DNA of 64,000 nt, from contig JBDRSF010000015.1 of NCBI GenBank assembly GCA_043825135.1, positions 1,559-65,558 on the forward strand, written 5' to 3'. Source of the DNA: Candidatus Magasanikiibacteriota bacterium. GTDB lineage: Bacteria > Patescibacteriota > Patescibacteriia > Magasanikbacterales > UBA922. The position numbers and the translations under genes are program-made. Shown one piece after another: positions 44,180-53,695 of this stretch (positions are counted from its first letter, which is position 1; every line of letters starts with the position of its first letter). The notes under the pieces were generated by a model. That model was not told where the DNA came from. It ran no database searches and worked only from the letters and a program-made list of their open reading frames with translations.

Positions 44180-45376
44180 ATGTTTGGAAGGTATAAATAT
44201 AAAAGATTAGATAATGAAGAGCCTCTGGTAAGACATTTGGGTATATTTCGTCGTAAAATGACACTATTTCAAGCAGTGGCTTTGATAATTAGTGCCACCA
44301 TTGGTGCTGGGGTTTTGGGTATTCCATATGCAGTTGCCAAAATTGGAATTTGGCCTGGCTTAGCCTATGTGGTGATTTTGGGTTGTCTTATGATGGCACT
44401 CAATCTTATGATTGGCGAAGTCATGGTCAGAACTAAGGGCAATTTACAGATTGTAGGTTTGGCTGGTAAATATCTGGGTAGATGGGGTGAAATTCTACTT
44501 AGTATTTTTGTTTATATAATGTTGTTGGGGACGTTAGTTATTTATACAATTGGTTCGGGTGAAGCTTTGTCCGCCCTTTTCGGTGGCACAGCTTTTAATT
44601 GGAGTCTTATATTTATGACAGTTGGTGCTTTTTTTATTTTTCTGGGTATGAAGAGTATAAAGGTGGTAGAATTTCTTTTGAGTATAGGAATTTTGTTTGT
44701 GATAATTTTGATAATTTTGGTAAGTGCCCCTCATGTAAATTATAGTCATTTTGCTCACTATGATTGGGCACATCTTTTGTTTCCTTATGGTGTAATCTTA
44801 TTTGCTTTTCATGCTACCACTTCAATTCCCGAAGCTCATTCTTTGTTAGGCAAAAAAAATGTTGATTTCAAATTGGCAATTTTGATAGCTGGAATAATTT
44901 CTATTATTGTTTATGCGTTATTTGCAGTTTTTGTGGTGGCCGTGACTGGACCAGAAACTACTGAAATAGCCACAATTGGTTTGGGGCAAAAAGTTGGTCG
45001 TTCTATATTTTTATTTGGTAATATTTTTGCAGTTTTGGCTATGGGTACCAGCTTTCTTATCAACGGCATGGCTCTAAAAGACTCTCTTTGTTGGGATTAC
45101 AAATTACCAAACTGGTTATCCTATAGTTTGGTTATTGGCTTGCCATTGGTAATATTTATTGCTGGTATAAGAAATTTTATTGCCGCAATTGATATTGTGG
45201 GTGGTGTTTTTGTAAGTCTTGAGATGTTAATGATATTGCTTATCTATTGGCGCGCTAAACAAAAAGGGGATTTAAGTCCTGGCAAATATAAATTGCATCA
45301 CACTGCTTTGCTCGGAGTTTTGTTATTTTTGGCTTTGGCGGTTGGTGCGGTGTATAGTGTGGTGAAGTTGTTTTAG
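44180..45376 (+). CDS. amino-acid permease (APC/aromatic amino acid transporter-like)
   Basis: 11 TM; N-terminal TLFQAVALIISATIGAGVLGIPYAVAKIG typical of Trp/Tyr permease-like transporters. Confidence 0.6.
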   Translation: MFGRYKYKRLDNEEPLVRHLGIFRRKMTLFQAVALIISATIGAGVLGIPYAVAKIGIWPGLAYVVILGCLMMALNLMIGEVMVRTKGNLQIVGLAGKYLGRWGEILLSIFVYIMLLGTLVIYTIGSGEALSALFGGTAFNWSLIFMTVGAFFIFLGMKSIKVVEFLLSIGILFVIILIILVSAPHVNYSHFAHYDWAHLLFPYGVILFAFHATTSIPEAHSLLGKKNVDFKLAILIAGIISIIVYALFAVFVVAVTGPETTEIATIGLGQKVGRSIFLFGNIFAVLAMGTSFLINGMALKDSLCWDYKLPNWLSYSLVIGLPLVIFIAGIRNFIAAIDIVGGVFVSLEMLMILLIYWRAKQKGDLSPGKYKLHHTALLGVLLFLALAVGAVYSVVKLF

Positions 45377-45496
45377 TGGCCAAGTTTATCTCGAAACTAC
45401 ACGAAGTGAGTGAGAGATCTTTCGGAGAGGTTGGTGAGGGGTTAAATCTATAAGTGGAGATAAATTGAGATAGATAGAGATAATATATATAGAATA

Positions 45497-45526
45497 TTTA
45501 TTGACAGATTTAAGGATTAATAGTAA
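45497..45526 (+). promoter_or_regulatory. promoter TTGACA-17-TAAAAT upstream of the metK leader
   Basis: TTATTGACAGATTTAAGGATTAATAGTAAAATACAAT. Confidence 0.4.
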
Positions 45527-45535
45527 AATACAATT

Positions 45536-45586
45536 ACGTATTTAAATACGTAATTAAATACGTAATACATTACGTAATAAGTTTTC
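45536..45586 (+). promoter_or_regulatory. array of four TACGTA palindromes spaced ~12 bp
   Basis: ATTACGTATTTAAATACGTAATTAAATACGTAATACATTACGTAATAAG directly downstream of the -10. Confidence 0.4.
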
Positions 45587-45594
45587 AAGAAAAT

Positions 45595-45740
45595 GGTGCT
45601 CGTTGTTGGTTGGTTTTATCGTGCTTGAGGTCGGTAGGCACGATTACTGTCCAACAACGTTCCCGAGCTTCGCTCTGCTCCGTCGGGCAAGCTCTTCTAT
45701 CTTCTTGAGACAACCGTTATTTTTAAGGTTGTTTTTTAGT
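45595..45740 (+). ncRNA. candidate structured leader RNA/riboswitch-like element upstream of metK, ending in a terminator-like hairpin
   Basis: Long hairpin GCTCGTTGTTGG...CCAACAACG-ttcc-CGAGC with inner stem ATCGTGC/GCACGAT; terminal CAACC-GTTATTTTTAA-GGTTGTTTTTT; GC-richer than flanks, no ORF >11 codons; no canonical S-box seen. Confidence 0.3.
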
Positions 45741-45804
45741 ATATTAATTTACTAGAAACAACTCAGTAGTCCTGCGACTACAATTACTAAATTTTAATTT
45801 TTAA

Positions 45805-45861
45805 GAAAGATCCCTCGTCGTCCAGATTTTTTGCGAAAAAAATCTTTCCTCGCTCGGGATT
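45805..45861. repeat. family C element, copy 2, immediately upstream of metK
   Basis: GAAAGATCCCTCGTCG-TCCAGATTTTTTGCGAAAAAAATCTTTCC-TCGCTCGGGATT, ends 12 nt before the ATG. Confidence 0.7.
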
Positions 45862-45872
45862 AACCAAACCAT

Positions 45873-47054
45873 ATGGAAAAACATTATTTTACCTCAGAAT
45901 CAGTTACCGAAGGACATCCGGACAAAATTTGTGATCAAATCTCTGATGGAGTTTTGGATGCAGTTTTAACAGATGATCCTGATGGGGCATGCTGTTGTGA
46001 GGTGTTTACTACGACTGGACTAGTCGTAGTTGGTGGAGAAATATCTACAAAAACTTATGTAGATATTCCAAAAATAGTTAGACAAACTTTGCAAGAAATT
46101 GGCTATACAGATGCTGATTATGGTATTGATTATAAATCTTGTGGTGTTATGGTTGCAGTTGATGAACAAAGTCAAGATATTGCCCAGGGTGAAAAAGAAG
46201 ATGCTGGTCATCCTCACCAAGCTCAAGGGGCAGGGGATCAGGGAATGATGTTTGGATTTGCTTGCAAAGAAACTCCAGAGTTGATGCCACTGCCAATTAT
46301 GTTGGCCCATGGTCTGACTCGCAAATTGGCAGAAGTTAGAAAAAATAAAACTTTAGGTTATTTACGTCCTGATGGCAAATCACAGGTTACAGTTGAATAT
46401 ATTGATGGAAAACCCGTTAGGGCTGATGCGGTTGTAATTGCTGCTCAACATAATCCAGAGATTGAATTATCACAATTGCGTGAAGATATTTTACGCGAAG
46501 TTATCAAGCCAGTTTGTGGGGAATATTTAGATGAGAATACCAAATTTTATATCAATGAAACTGGAAGATTCGTCGTTGGTGGTCCACAGGGAGACACTGG
46601 TGTGACTGGCAGGAAAATCATTGTAGATACTTATGGTGGAAAAGGCAGACATGGTGGCGGAGCATTTTCTGGCAAAGTACCAAACAAGCAAGACAGATCT
46701 GGCGCCTACATGGCACGTTATATTGCAAAAAATATTGTAGCAGCTGATTTGGCAGACGAGTGCGAAGTTCAATTGTCCTATGCCATCGGTTATCCCGAAC
46801 CAACCAGTGTTTTAGTAGATACTTTTGGAGCTGGAAAAGTTGATAGTGAAAAATTAACCAAAGCAGTTAGAGAGGTATTTGATCTCACTCCAGCTGGTAT
46901 TATTAAAACTCTTGATTTAAAGCGTCCTATTTATAAAGCTACTGCTTCTTACGGACATTTTGGTCGTGAAGTGGTTGGTTCAGATGTTGGCGAATTGTTT
47001 ACATGGGAGAAGATTGATAAGGTTGAGGATCTGAAAAGCAGATTAAGTATGTAG
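45873..47054 (+). CDS. metK: S-adenosylmethionine synthetase
   Basis: [38 protein letters not shown] motifs; terminator 47079-47107 follows. Confidence 0.93.
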   Translation: MEKHYFTSESVTEGHPDKICDQISDGVLDAVLTDDPDGACCCEVFTTTGLVVVGGEISTKTYVDIPKIVRQTLQEIGYTDADYGIDYKSCGVMVAVDEQSQDIAQGEKEDAGHPHQAQGAGDQGMMFGFACKETPELMPLPIMLAHGLTRKLAEVRKNKTLGYLRPDGKSQVTVEYIDGKPVRADAVVIAAQHNPEIELSQLREDILREVIKPVCGEYLDENTKFYINETGRFVVGGPQGDTGVTGRKIIVDTYGGKGRHGGGAFSGKVPNKQDRSGAYMARYIAKNIVAADLADECEVQLSYAIGYPEPTSVLVDTFGAGKVDSEKLTKAVREVFDLTPAGIIKTLDLKRPIYKATASYGHFGREVVGSDVGELFTWEKIDKVEDLKSRLSM

Positions 47055-47078
47055 GTAAAATAAGCATATTAAGTAACA

Positions 47079-47107
47079 AAAAATCCACCGAATTGGTGGA
47101 TTTTTTA
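47079..47107 (+). terminator. rho-independent terminator after metK
   Basis: AAAAAATCCACCGAATTGGTGGATTTTTTAAT. Confidence 0.65.
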
Positions 47108-47270
47108 ATATTCTCTATTACAAATTTTTAGTAACAAAGAAAGGGGGGGGTGGAACGGCGTCGGGTGTAAATCGACGCCGTCCCATAAAGCGGAAAGGAG
47201 AGGTGAACCCACCTAGATCACTTCGGATGAAGTGGCGTTTGGATGGTAAGTCCTCTCCTGGAGGGACACT

Positions 47271-47540
47271 CTAGGGGATATGGACTCCCATCCATCCCTG
47301 GGTTTTTGGATCCCAGGTGTAGGCATCCACCTCCTTGTGGAGGTTACGCTTTTGACGGCTTGACCACCAGGAGATGATGCTTACGGTGGTGAAGAGACCA
47401 CCGAGAGCTATTGAAACGAACCCTAGCGTTCTAGGAATCGCATTCTCACCCTCTGTCATCTCTGGATAGAGGATCCAGAGCGTCGCGCCTGCAACCACCA
47501 ACAGGGTGACCACGATGATGGTCAGAAAAAACTTCTTCAT
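47271..47540 (-). CDS. small 2-TM membrane protein encoded in a GC-rich islet (possible horizontal acquisition)
   Basis: 89 aa; strong SD GAAGGAGAGGGACAG-ATG; region ~47140-47560 is much GC-richer than surroundings. Confidence 0.4.
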   Translation of the reverse strand: MKKFFLTIIVVTLLVVAGATLWILYPEMTEGENAIPRTLGFVSIALGGLFTTVSIISWWSSRQKRNLHKEVDAYTWDPKTQGWMGVHIP

Positions 47541-47682
47541 CTGTCCCTCTCCTTCAATTTATGCCCAAAATTGGGCAGTTTTTATTAAAGAGCAATAATA
47601 TATTATAGCATAATTTTACCATTTTGTCAAGGGGGTGTCCAGAATCTGACTTTTTTAGGGTTTTCTGGTATAATATAAGTAT

Positions 47683-48690
47683 ATGATAAAACAAAAACAA
47701 ACAATCGCCGTTCTCGGCGCGGGTAACATGGGCACAGCTGTTGCTCAAGTTTTGGCCGATAATGGTCATGAGGTTCGGATTTGGAATTGGGAGGGGGAGC
47801 ATTTACCATTAAAACAAATTGAGAAATATGGCGAGAATAAAAAATATTTACCAAGAGTAAAACTTTCAAAAAATATTATTCCCAAATTTGAATTAAAAGA
47901 AGCTTTGAGTGAGGCAGAAATAGTATTTTTTGTAGTGCCATCTGGTGCTATGGAGCATACTATATCTTTTGCTTCTCGTAGTATAGAACACAAGACTATT
48001 TTGGTTGACGTATCAAAAGGTGTAGAACCGCAGTCATTACGTCTTATTCCACATATCATAATAAAGCACGTACGACCGGAGCTAAGAAAAAATGTAGTAA
48101 CAATTTCCGGTCCGGCAGTAGCGGGACAGATGGTTAAAAAACAATTTACTGCCATGAACATTGCGTCAAAAAATAAAAAGGCGATAAAAAAAGTAGTGGA
48201 AGCAATGAATAATGAATATATAAAACTTATTCCAACTAATGATGTAATTGGTGTAGAAATTGGTGGGTCATTTAAAAATGTTTACGCTATCGTGGTGGGT
48301 ATGTGTGACGGAATGGGTTATGGTCTTAATACCAAGGCTGCGCTTCTTACCAAATCATTGGAAGAAATTGCTAATTTAATTCAAGCAATGGGAGGAAGAA
48401 AGCATACTGCCTATGAATTGGCCGGACTTGGTGATTTGATTGGGACAGCACTTTGTCCAGAAAGTCGTAATCGGACTTTGGGTGAATATTTGGGCAAGGG
48501 GATGAAGGGTCCTCAGGCACAAAAAAAGATGAGACAAACAGTAGAAGGGGTATCTGCTACGCTTTGTTTACTTAAATTGGCTAGAAAACATAAAGTTAGG
48601 GTCCCGCTAGCTGAGATGGTAAATGAGTGTTTATCAACCAAAGGCGACCCAAGGAAGATATTTCACAATTTTTTGTTAAAGGGTTGGTAA
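47683..48690 (+). CDS. gpsA: NAD(P)H-dependent glycerol-3-phosphate dehydrogenase
   Basis: N-terminal IAVLGAGNMGTAVAQVLA Rossmann fold; GpsA-like central and C-terminal regions. Confidence 0.8.
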   Translation: MIKQKQTIAVLGAGNMGTAVAQVLADNGHEVRIWNWEGEHLPLKQIEKYGENKKYLPRVKLSKNIIPKFELKEALSEAEIVFFVVPSGAMEHTISFASRSIEHKTILVDVSKGVEPQSLRLIPHIIIKHVRPELRKNVVTISGPAVAGQMVKKQFTAMNIASKNKKAIKKVVEAMNNEYIKLIPTNDVIGVEIGGSFKNVYAIVVGMCDGMGYGLNTKAALLTKSLEEIANLIQAMGGRKHTAYELAGLGDLIGTALCPESRNRTLGEYLGKGMKGPQAQKKMRQTVEGVSATLCLLKLARKHKVRVPLAEMVNECLSTKGDPRKIFHNFLLKGW

Positions 48691-48774
48691 TGGCCAATAG
48701 TTATCAACATTTGTAAATGTTCACTATAAGTGGTATGATAAGTATGATAAATCATACTTATTTAAAATTATAAT

Positions 48775-49008
48775 ATGACTAAAAAAGATTGTTTTAGTGG
48801 ACATGCTGGTGATTTCTTTGGCACCACTTCAATTGGGGAAAGGGGTCAGATAGTTATGCCAAAAAAATTACGAGATAAATTAAAATTAAAAAAAGGTGAT
48901 AGTTTTGTTGTAATGCAAAAAGGTCCCGGTATTGTTTTTATGCCAACAGAAGTTATGGAAGATTTTATTAGTGATATGACTTTACAAATTAAAAATATTA
49001 AAAAATAA
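48775..49008 (+). CDS. AbrB/MazE/SpoVT-family transcriptional regulator
   Basis: GERGQIVMPKKLRDKLKLKKGDSFVV matches the SpoVT-AbrB swapped-hairpin domain. Confidence 0.7.
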   Translation: MTKKDCFSGHAGDFFGTTSIGERGQIVMPKKLRDKLKLKKGDSFVVMQKGPGIVFMPTEVMEDFISDMTLQIKNIKK

Positions 49009-49131
49009 AATAATTACATAAACAAGCCTAGATGAGAGTCTCGGGTGATACTAATAATCGAGGTATTATTAAAAATAATACTTCGACAGATCCTTCAGTC
49101 GCTTGAGCTCCCTCAGGATATTTAAAAAAAT

Positions 49132-50940
49132 ATGAACGAAGAAATAATCATAACAAAAAAGAAAAAATGGTATAAGAGAAAAATGCTATATTTTTTGATA
49201 GTAGTTTTTTTGTTGGTTGGCAGTGGTATTTATGCCAAATTTTTTAAGCCTGAGCCACCCATTGAATATGAAACGGTAAAAGTAAAAAAGGGGTTTTTGG
49301 AACAAACAGTGGATGCGACAGGTAATATTGAATCAGCCAATGAAATTAGCCTCCGTTTTGAAGTTACAGGAAAAGTTGCCAGTGTTTTAAAAAATATTGG
49401 TGACGAAGTAAAAAAAGATGATATTATTGCCAATTTAGAGTTAGATGTATTAAATGCTCAGGTCAGCCAAGCTAGTGCTAGTGTAGAAAAAGCCAAAGCA
49501 GATGTAGAAAAAGCCAAGGCTGGTAATACGGAAGAATATCTTAATAGCATAAAAGCCAAGGTTGATCAGGCGAAAGCTACTTTAGATCAAACCAAAGCAG
49601 GTTATGTTGATAGTATTTTCAACGTTGAATCATCTATAGAAACAGCGAAAAATAATTTAAAACTCGCTGAAGGTGGAGAAGATAGTGAAATAGTGCAGGA
49701 CTCTTACTTTGACATGGTTACTTTGCTATTTTCAATTCAAACGACTTTATCCAAAAGCCTAACTGAGGCCGACAATATCTTGGGTATTGATAATACCTTG
49801 TCTAACGTTGACTTTGAAGATGTGTTGTCAGCTCTAGATAGTTCAAAATTAAATTTGGCTAATAGTAAATACCAGGTGGCCAAGGGTGCAAAAAATGAGG
49901 CTGATTTACAGATCAATCCCTTGTCTCCAAGTTCACCTCACGATATAATTGATTGGACAGCTGATGTTACTGAAGAAGCGCTTGTGACTATGAAAGAATT
50001 ATTGTTTACTCTTTCTGAAGTTTTAAATAATACTGTGCCAATTGGCGATTTGAGCCAAAGTGAATTAAACACGCTTAAAACCAATATTCAGACTGCAAGG
50101 ACTGAAGTGTCTACTCAATATACTGCTCTTATCAACCAAACTCAATCAATCAAGAGTGCTAAAAATAGTTACAGCTCTTATTTAATTACTTTTAATAAAG
50201 CTGTTAGTAATTTAGCAAATCTAAAAATAAAAAGAGATGCTGATATTATGGTTTATGAGGCACTTTTGGCTCAAGCTGACGCTAATTATGAAGATGCTAA
50301 AAATCCACCACGTCAAGTTGATCTCGCTAGTTTGGAAGCTGGTGTCGCAGTAGCTCAGGCTAGTTTGGCTCAGGCAGTAGCCAATCGTGATAAAGCAATT
50401 TTGAAGGCCCCTGTTGACGGTATAATTGGCAAAATTGATATGAAGGTGGGCGAATATGTAAGTTTACAAAACGAGATAGTTAAAATTATCAGTCCTTTGT
50501 TTGAAGTAAAAGTTGATATTCCAGAAACTGATATTGTAAAAGTTAAAAAAGGTCATTTAGCTAAGGTAACTCTTGATGCTTATAATGAGGATATACAATT
50601 TCAAGCCGAGGTAATTGAAATAGAAAAAGGTGAAACAGTTATTCAAGATGTGGTGTATTATATAGTTACTTTAATATTGAAAGATAGGAGCGATGAATAT
50701 GAGGTTTTAAATGGAATGACAGCTAATGTAGTATTTTTTACCAACAAAAAAGACGATGTTCTCTTTGTGCCTAATCGGACTATTATTTCTGATGGCAGTA
50801 GAAAATATGTTAGGGTCTTGGAAAATAATGAAGTAAAAGAAATTGATGTTACCACAGGATTAAAGGGTAATAATGGTTTGATTGAAGTTATATCAGGATT
50901 AAAAGAGGGGCAAGAGATTGTTATCAAGGTTATCGAGTAG
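49132..50940 (+). CDS. HlyD-family periplasmic adaptor (membrane fusion protein) of a MacAB-like efflux system
   Basis: N-terminal TM, long coiled-coil (repeated KAKA...QAKA segments), C-terminal beta-barrel/lipoyl-like domains; ABC ATPase and FtsX-like permeases downstream. Confidence 0.7.
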   Translation: MNEEIIITKKKKWYKRKMLYFLIVVFLLVGSGIYAKFFKPEPPIEYETVKVKKGFLEQTVDATGNIESANEISLRFEVTGKVASVLKNIGDEVKKDDIIANLELDVLNAQVSQASASVEKAKADVEKAKAGNTEEYLNSIKAKVDQAKATLDQTKAGYVDSIFNVESSIETAKNNLKLAEGGEDSEIVQDSYFDMVTLLFSIQTTLSKSLTEADNILGIDNTLSNVDFEDVLSALDSSKLNLANSKYQVAKGAKNEADLQINPLSPSSPHDIIDWTADVTEEALVTMKELLFTLSEVLNNTVPIGDLSQSELNTLKTNIQTARTEVSTQYTALINQTQSIKSAKNSYSSYLITFNKAVSNLANLKIKRDADIMVYEALLAQADANYEDAKNPPRQVDLASLEAGVAVAQASLAQAVANRDKAILKAPVDGIIGKIDMKVGEYVSLQNEIVKIISPLFEVKVDIPETDIVKVKKGHLAKVTLDAYNEDIQFQAEVIEIEKGETVIQDVVYYIVTLILKDRSDEYEVLNGMTANVVFFTNKKDDVLFVPNRTIISDGSRKYVRVLENNEVKEIDVTTGLKGNNGLIEVISGLKEGQEIVIKVIE

Positions 50941-51010
50941 AGACGCATTGAATGCGTCTTCGTTATGGCAAAAACGCATTGAATACGTCTTTAATATAGG
51001 AAAATTCATT
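50941..51010 (+). repeat. two to three copies of near-palindromic ACGCATTGAATRCGTCT directly after the HlyD gene
   Basis: AGACGCATTGAATGCGTCTTCG...AAAAACGCATTGAATACGTCTTT...AAATTCATTGAATGA; hairpin-forming, terminator/operator candidates. Confidence 0.45.
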
Positions 51011-51012
51011 GA

Positions 51013-52545
51013 ATGATTATAATTATGAATGTAAACAAAATTTTAAAAACAATTTGCAAATTATCCAAAAAAGAAAAGGTAGAAGTGTATGTTGTTGGGG
51101 GTTATGTTCGTGACCAACTGCTTGAATCGAAAGCCGAAAGCCGTACCCACAGGGCATCAGTATCCTCTGAAAAGCCGAAGGCTAATACTGATATTGATTT
51201 TGTGGTTATTGGCAGTGGTTTGGAATTTGCTCAGAAATTGGATAATGAATTAAAGCAAGAAGGATCTTTGGTAGAGTTTCCTGATTTTGATACAGCGAGA
51301 TATATTATAAAAGGAATAAGGAATAAGGGAAAAGCCATGCCTGCCGGCAGGCAGGGAGTAAGCGATTTGGTGATTGAATTGGAATTTGCTGGGGCAAGGA
51401 CTGAGAGTTATGATAAAAAATCAAGAAAGCCAAAGGTTGTGGTTACTAGTTTGGAAGAAGATTTAAAACGTCGCGATTTTACGGTCAATGCTATGGCCCA
51501 ACAGGTGATTGCTACTGGTATTAGCAAAAAAATAATTGATTTGTTTGGTGGACAGGCAGATTTGAAAAATAAGATTTTGAGAACCCCACTTGATCCAGAT
51601 GAAACTTTTTCAGAAGATCCTTTGCGAATGCTTCGGGCTGCAAGATTTGCGTCTCAGCTCGGGTTTTCTATTGAAAAAAGTGCATTGGAAGCTATGGAAC
51701 GCAATCACAAACGTTTAAAAATTATTTCCGCTGAGCGAATTCAAGAAGAATTATTTAAATTATTAAAAACAGATAGGCCGTCAGTTGGTTTTCAGATTTT
51801 GTATGCGACAAAATTATTAGACGAATTTTTGCCAGAAGTAGCAAATTTACAAGGTGTGGAAGAAGTATATGGCCATGGTCACAAAAATAATTTTGAACAT
51901 ACTTTGAAAGTGGTAGATAATATTGCTTTACGATCAGATAAAGTTGTTTTACGTTTAGCTGGGCTTTTACACGATATTGGCAAACCCGGAACCAAGAAAT
52001 TTGTTAAAGGTCGGGGTTGGGCTTTTGATATGCACGAACATTTAGGATTAAAATTAGTGCGTCAAATTGGTAAGCGTTTGCGTTTGTCAAAAGACGATAC
52101 TGAATATATTGGTAAATTAGTCCGTTGGCATCAACAACCAATTCAACTGATGGATGAGAAAATTACTGACAGCGCAATTCGTCGCTTGTTTGTGACTATG
52201 GGCGAAGAGTTTGAAGATCTGTTGATTTTATGCAAAAGCGATATTACCACTGGTAATCCGACTAAAAAAGTTAGACGTCTAAAAAATTATGACTATTTGG
52301 AAGAGAGGGTGGAAGAAATTATTGAAAAAGATAAAATGCGCGCCTTCCAGTCGCCAGTTCGTGGTGAAGAGATTATGAAAGAGTGTGGTCTCAAGCCTGG
52401 TCCAACTGTGGGTAAAATAAAAACCGCTATTGAAGATGCGATTTTGGATGGGAAGATTGAAAATGAGTATGAGGCATCATTTACGTACTTCGAAAAAATA
52501 AAGGCTGAATATTTGAGTATGGCGGAGGAGTGGGAGAGGGTTTAA
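51013..52545 (+). CDS. cca: CCA-adding tRNA nucleotidyltransferase with HD domain
   Basis: N-terminal nucleotidyltransferase GGYVRDQLL...DIDF, RRDFTVNAMA, C-terminal HD region (HxxxH...DIGK); large insertion after the head motif. Confidence 0.8.
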   Translation: MIIIMNVNKILKTICKLSKKEKVEVYVVGGYVRDQLLESKAESRTHRASVSSEKPKANTDIDFVVIGSGLEFAQKLDNELKQEGSLVEFPDFDTARYIIKGIRNKGKAMPAGRQGVSDLVIELEFAGARTESYDKKSRKPKVVVTSLEEDLKRRDFTVNAMAQQVIATGISKKIIDLFGGQADLKNKILRTPLDPDETFSEDPLRMLRAARFASQLGFSIEKSALEAMERNHKRLKIISAERIQEELFKLLKTDRPSVGFQILYATKLLDEFLPEVANLQGVEEVYGHGHKNNFEHTLKVVDNIALRSDKVVLRLAGLLHDIGKPGTKKFVKGRGWAFDMHEHLGLKLVRQIGKRLRLSKDDTEYIGKLVRWHQQPIQLMDEKITDSAIRRLFVTMGEEFEDLLILCKSDITTGNPTKKVRRLKNYDYLEERVEEIIEKDKMRAFQSPVRGEEIMKECGLKPGPTVGKIKTAIEDAILDGKIENEYEASFTYFEKIKAEYLSMAEEWERV

Positions 52546-52549
52546 CCCC

Positions 52550-52730
52550 CTGTCATTCCGACCGAAACCCCGATGAAATACGGGGTGGAGTGGAGGAATC
52601 CCTTTTCTTTACACTATATTTAGTATTAAATAAAATTTTCCTTGATGCATTTGTTGGTGCATTAAAAAGGGATCCCTGCGCCACCGCTAAAGCTTTAGCG
52701 ACACGCGGTCGACTACGCTCGGGATGACAA
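52550..52730. repeat. family B MITE-like element (second full copy)
   Basis: CCTGTCATTCCGACCGAAACCCCGATGAAATACGGGGTGGAGTGGAGGAATCCCTTTTC...GGGATCCCTGCGCCACCGCTAAAGCTTTAGCGACACGCGGTCGACTACGCTCGGGATGACAAC. Confidence 0.75.
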
Positions 52731-52775
52731 CGGAAACATATATCCACAGCGTAAAATGACCTGTAAAGGTCATCG

Positions 52776-52804
52776 TGTTCCTTACTCCTTACTCCTTACT
52801 CCTT
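52776..52804. repeat. tandem heptamer repeat (CCTTACT x4)
   Basis: TTCCTTACTCCTTACTCCTTACTCCTTACAATT just upstream of the ABC ATPase start. Confidence 0.6.
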
Positions 52805-52810
52805 ACAATT

Positions 52811-53536
52811 ATGAATTTAATAAAAGTAGAAAATTTGAAAAAACAATTTGAGAATGAAGAAGTAATTACCAAAGTCCTACATGGGTTTGAATTTGAAATT
52901 AAAAAAGGGGAATTTGTGGCAATTATGGGGCCTTCTGGGTCAGGCAAGTCAACCTTGATGCATATCTTAAGCTTTTTAGATAAGCCGAGTTCTGGTAAAT
53001 ATTTTTTTGACGGTGTTGATGTGGGCGAGCTTGATGATGATCAGTTGGCCGATATGAGACTAGAAAAAATTGGTTTTGTATTTCAGGCATTTAATTTGCT
53101 CCCTAGAACAAGTGTGCTTGATAATGTGCTTTTACCCATGCTTTATATGAAAATGAGCAAACCCGAAAGACTAGAAGAAGCCAAGCGAGTAATTGAGGCG
53201 GTTGGACTAGGTCATAGAATAAATAATTTATCCAATCAATTGTCAGGTGGTGAAAAACAAAGGGTAGCAATTGCCCGCGCTTTAGTTAATAATCCTTCAG
53301 TTATTTTTGCTGATGAACCAACTGGAAATCTTGATTCTAAATCTGGTTTGCAAGTAATGAAGATTATTCAAGATTTGAATCTAAAGCAAGGTCATACAAT
53401 TATTCTGGTTACTCATGAAAAATATACAGCTGAGCACGCTGAGAGGGTAATATATATGCGCGATGGTCTGATTGAATCTGATAAAAAAGTTGAAAATAGA
53501 ATTTTTGCGGATGGGCAGGAGGAACTTTTAAAATAG
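52811..53536 (+). CDS. ABC transporter ATP-binding protein (MacB/LolD-type)
   Basis: Walker [10 protein letters not shown], signature [15 protein letters not shown], Walker [13 protein letters not shown]. Confidence 0.88.
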   Translation: MNLIKVENLKKQFENEEVITKVLHGFEFEIKKGEFVAIMGPSGSGKSTLMHILSFLDKPSSGKYFFDGVDVGELDDDQLADMRLEKIGFVFQAFNLLPRTSVLDNVLLPMLYMKMSKPERLEEAKRVIEAVGLGHRINNLSNQLSGGEKQRVAIARALVNNPSVIFADEPTGNLDSKSGLQVMKIIQDLNLKQGHTIILVTHEKYTAEHAERVIYMRDGLIESDKKVENRIFADGQEELLK

Positions 53537-53539
53537 TCT

Positions 53540-53695
53540 CTAAAGTCCATAAAGTCGTAAAGTCAAAAGTCTGAAAGTTAATATTTATAAAGATCGATAG
53601 AAGTGTCGAAGTTGACATTAGGTTTTATAAAGAGACTGAACTAATGGATAGACTTTATAAACTTTATGACTTTATAGACTTTCGACTATTATATT
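53540..53695. repeat. long imperfect inverted repeat (AAAGTC direct repeats vs GACTTTAT inverted repeats) between ABC ATPase and permease genes
   Basis: TAAAGTCCATAAAGTCGTAAAGTCAAAAGTCTGAAAG ... AGACTTTATAAACTTTATGACTTTATAGACTTTCGACT. Confidence 0.5.
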
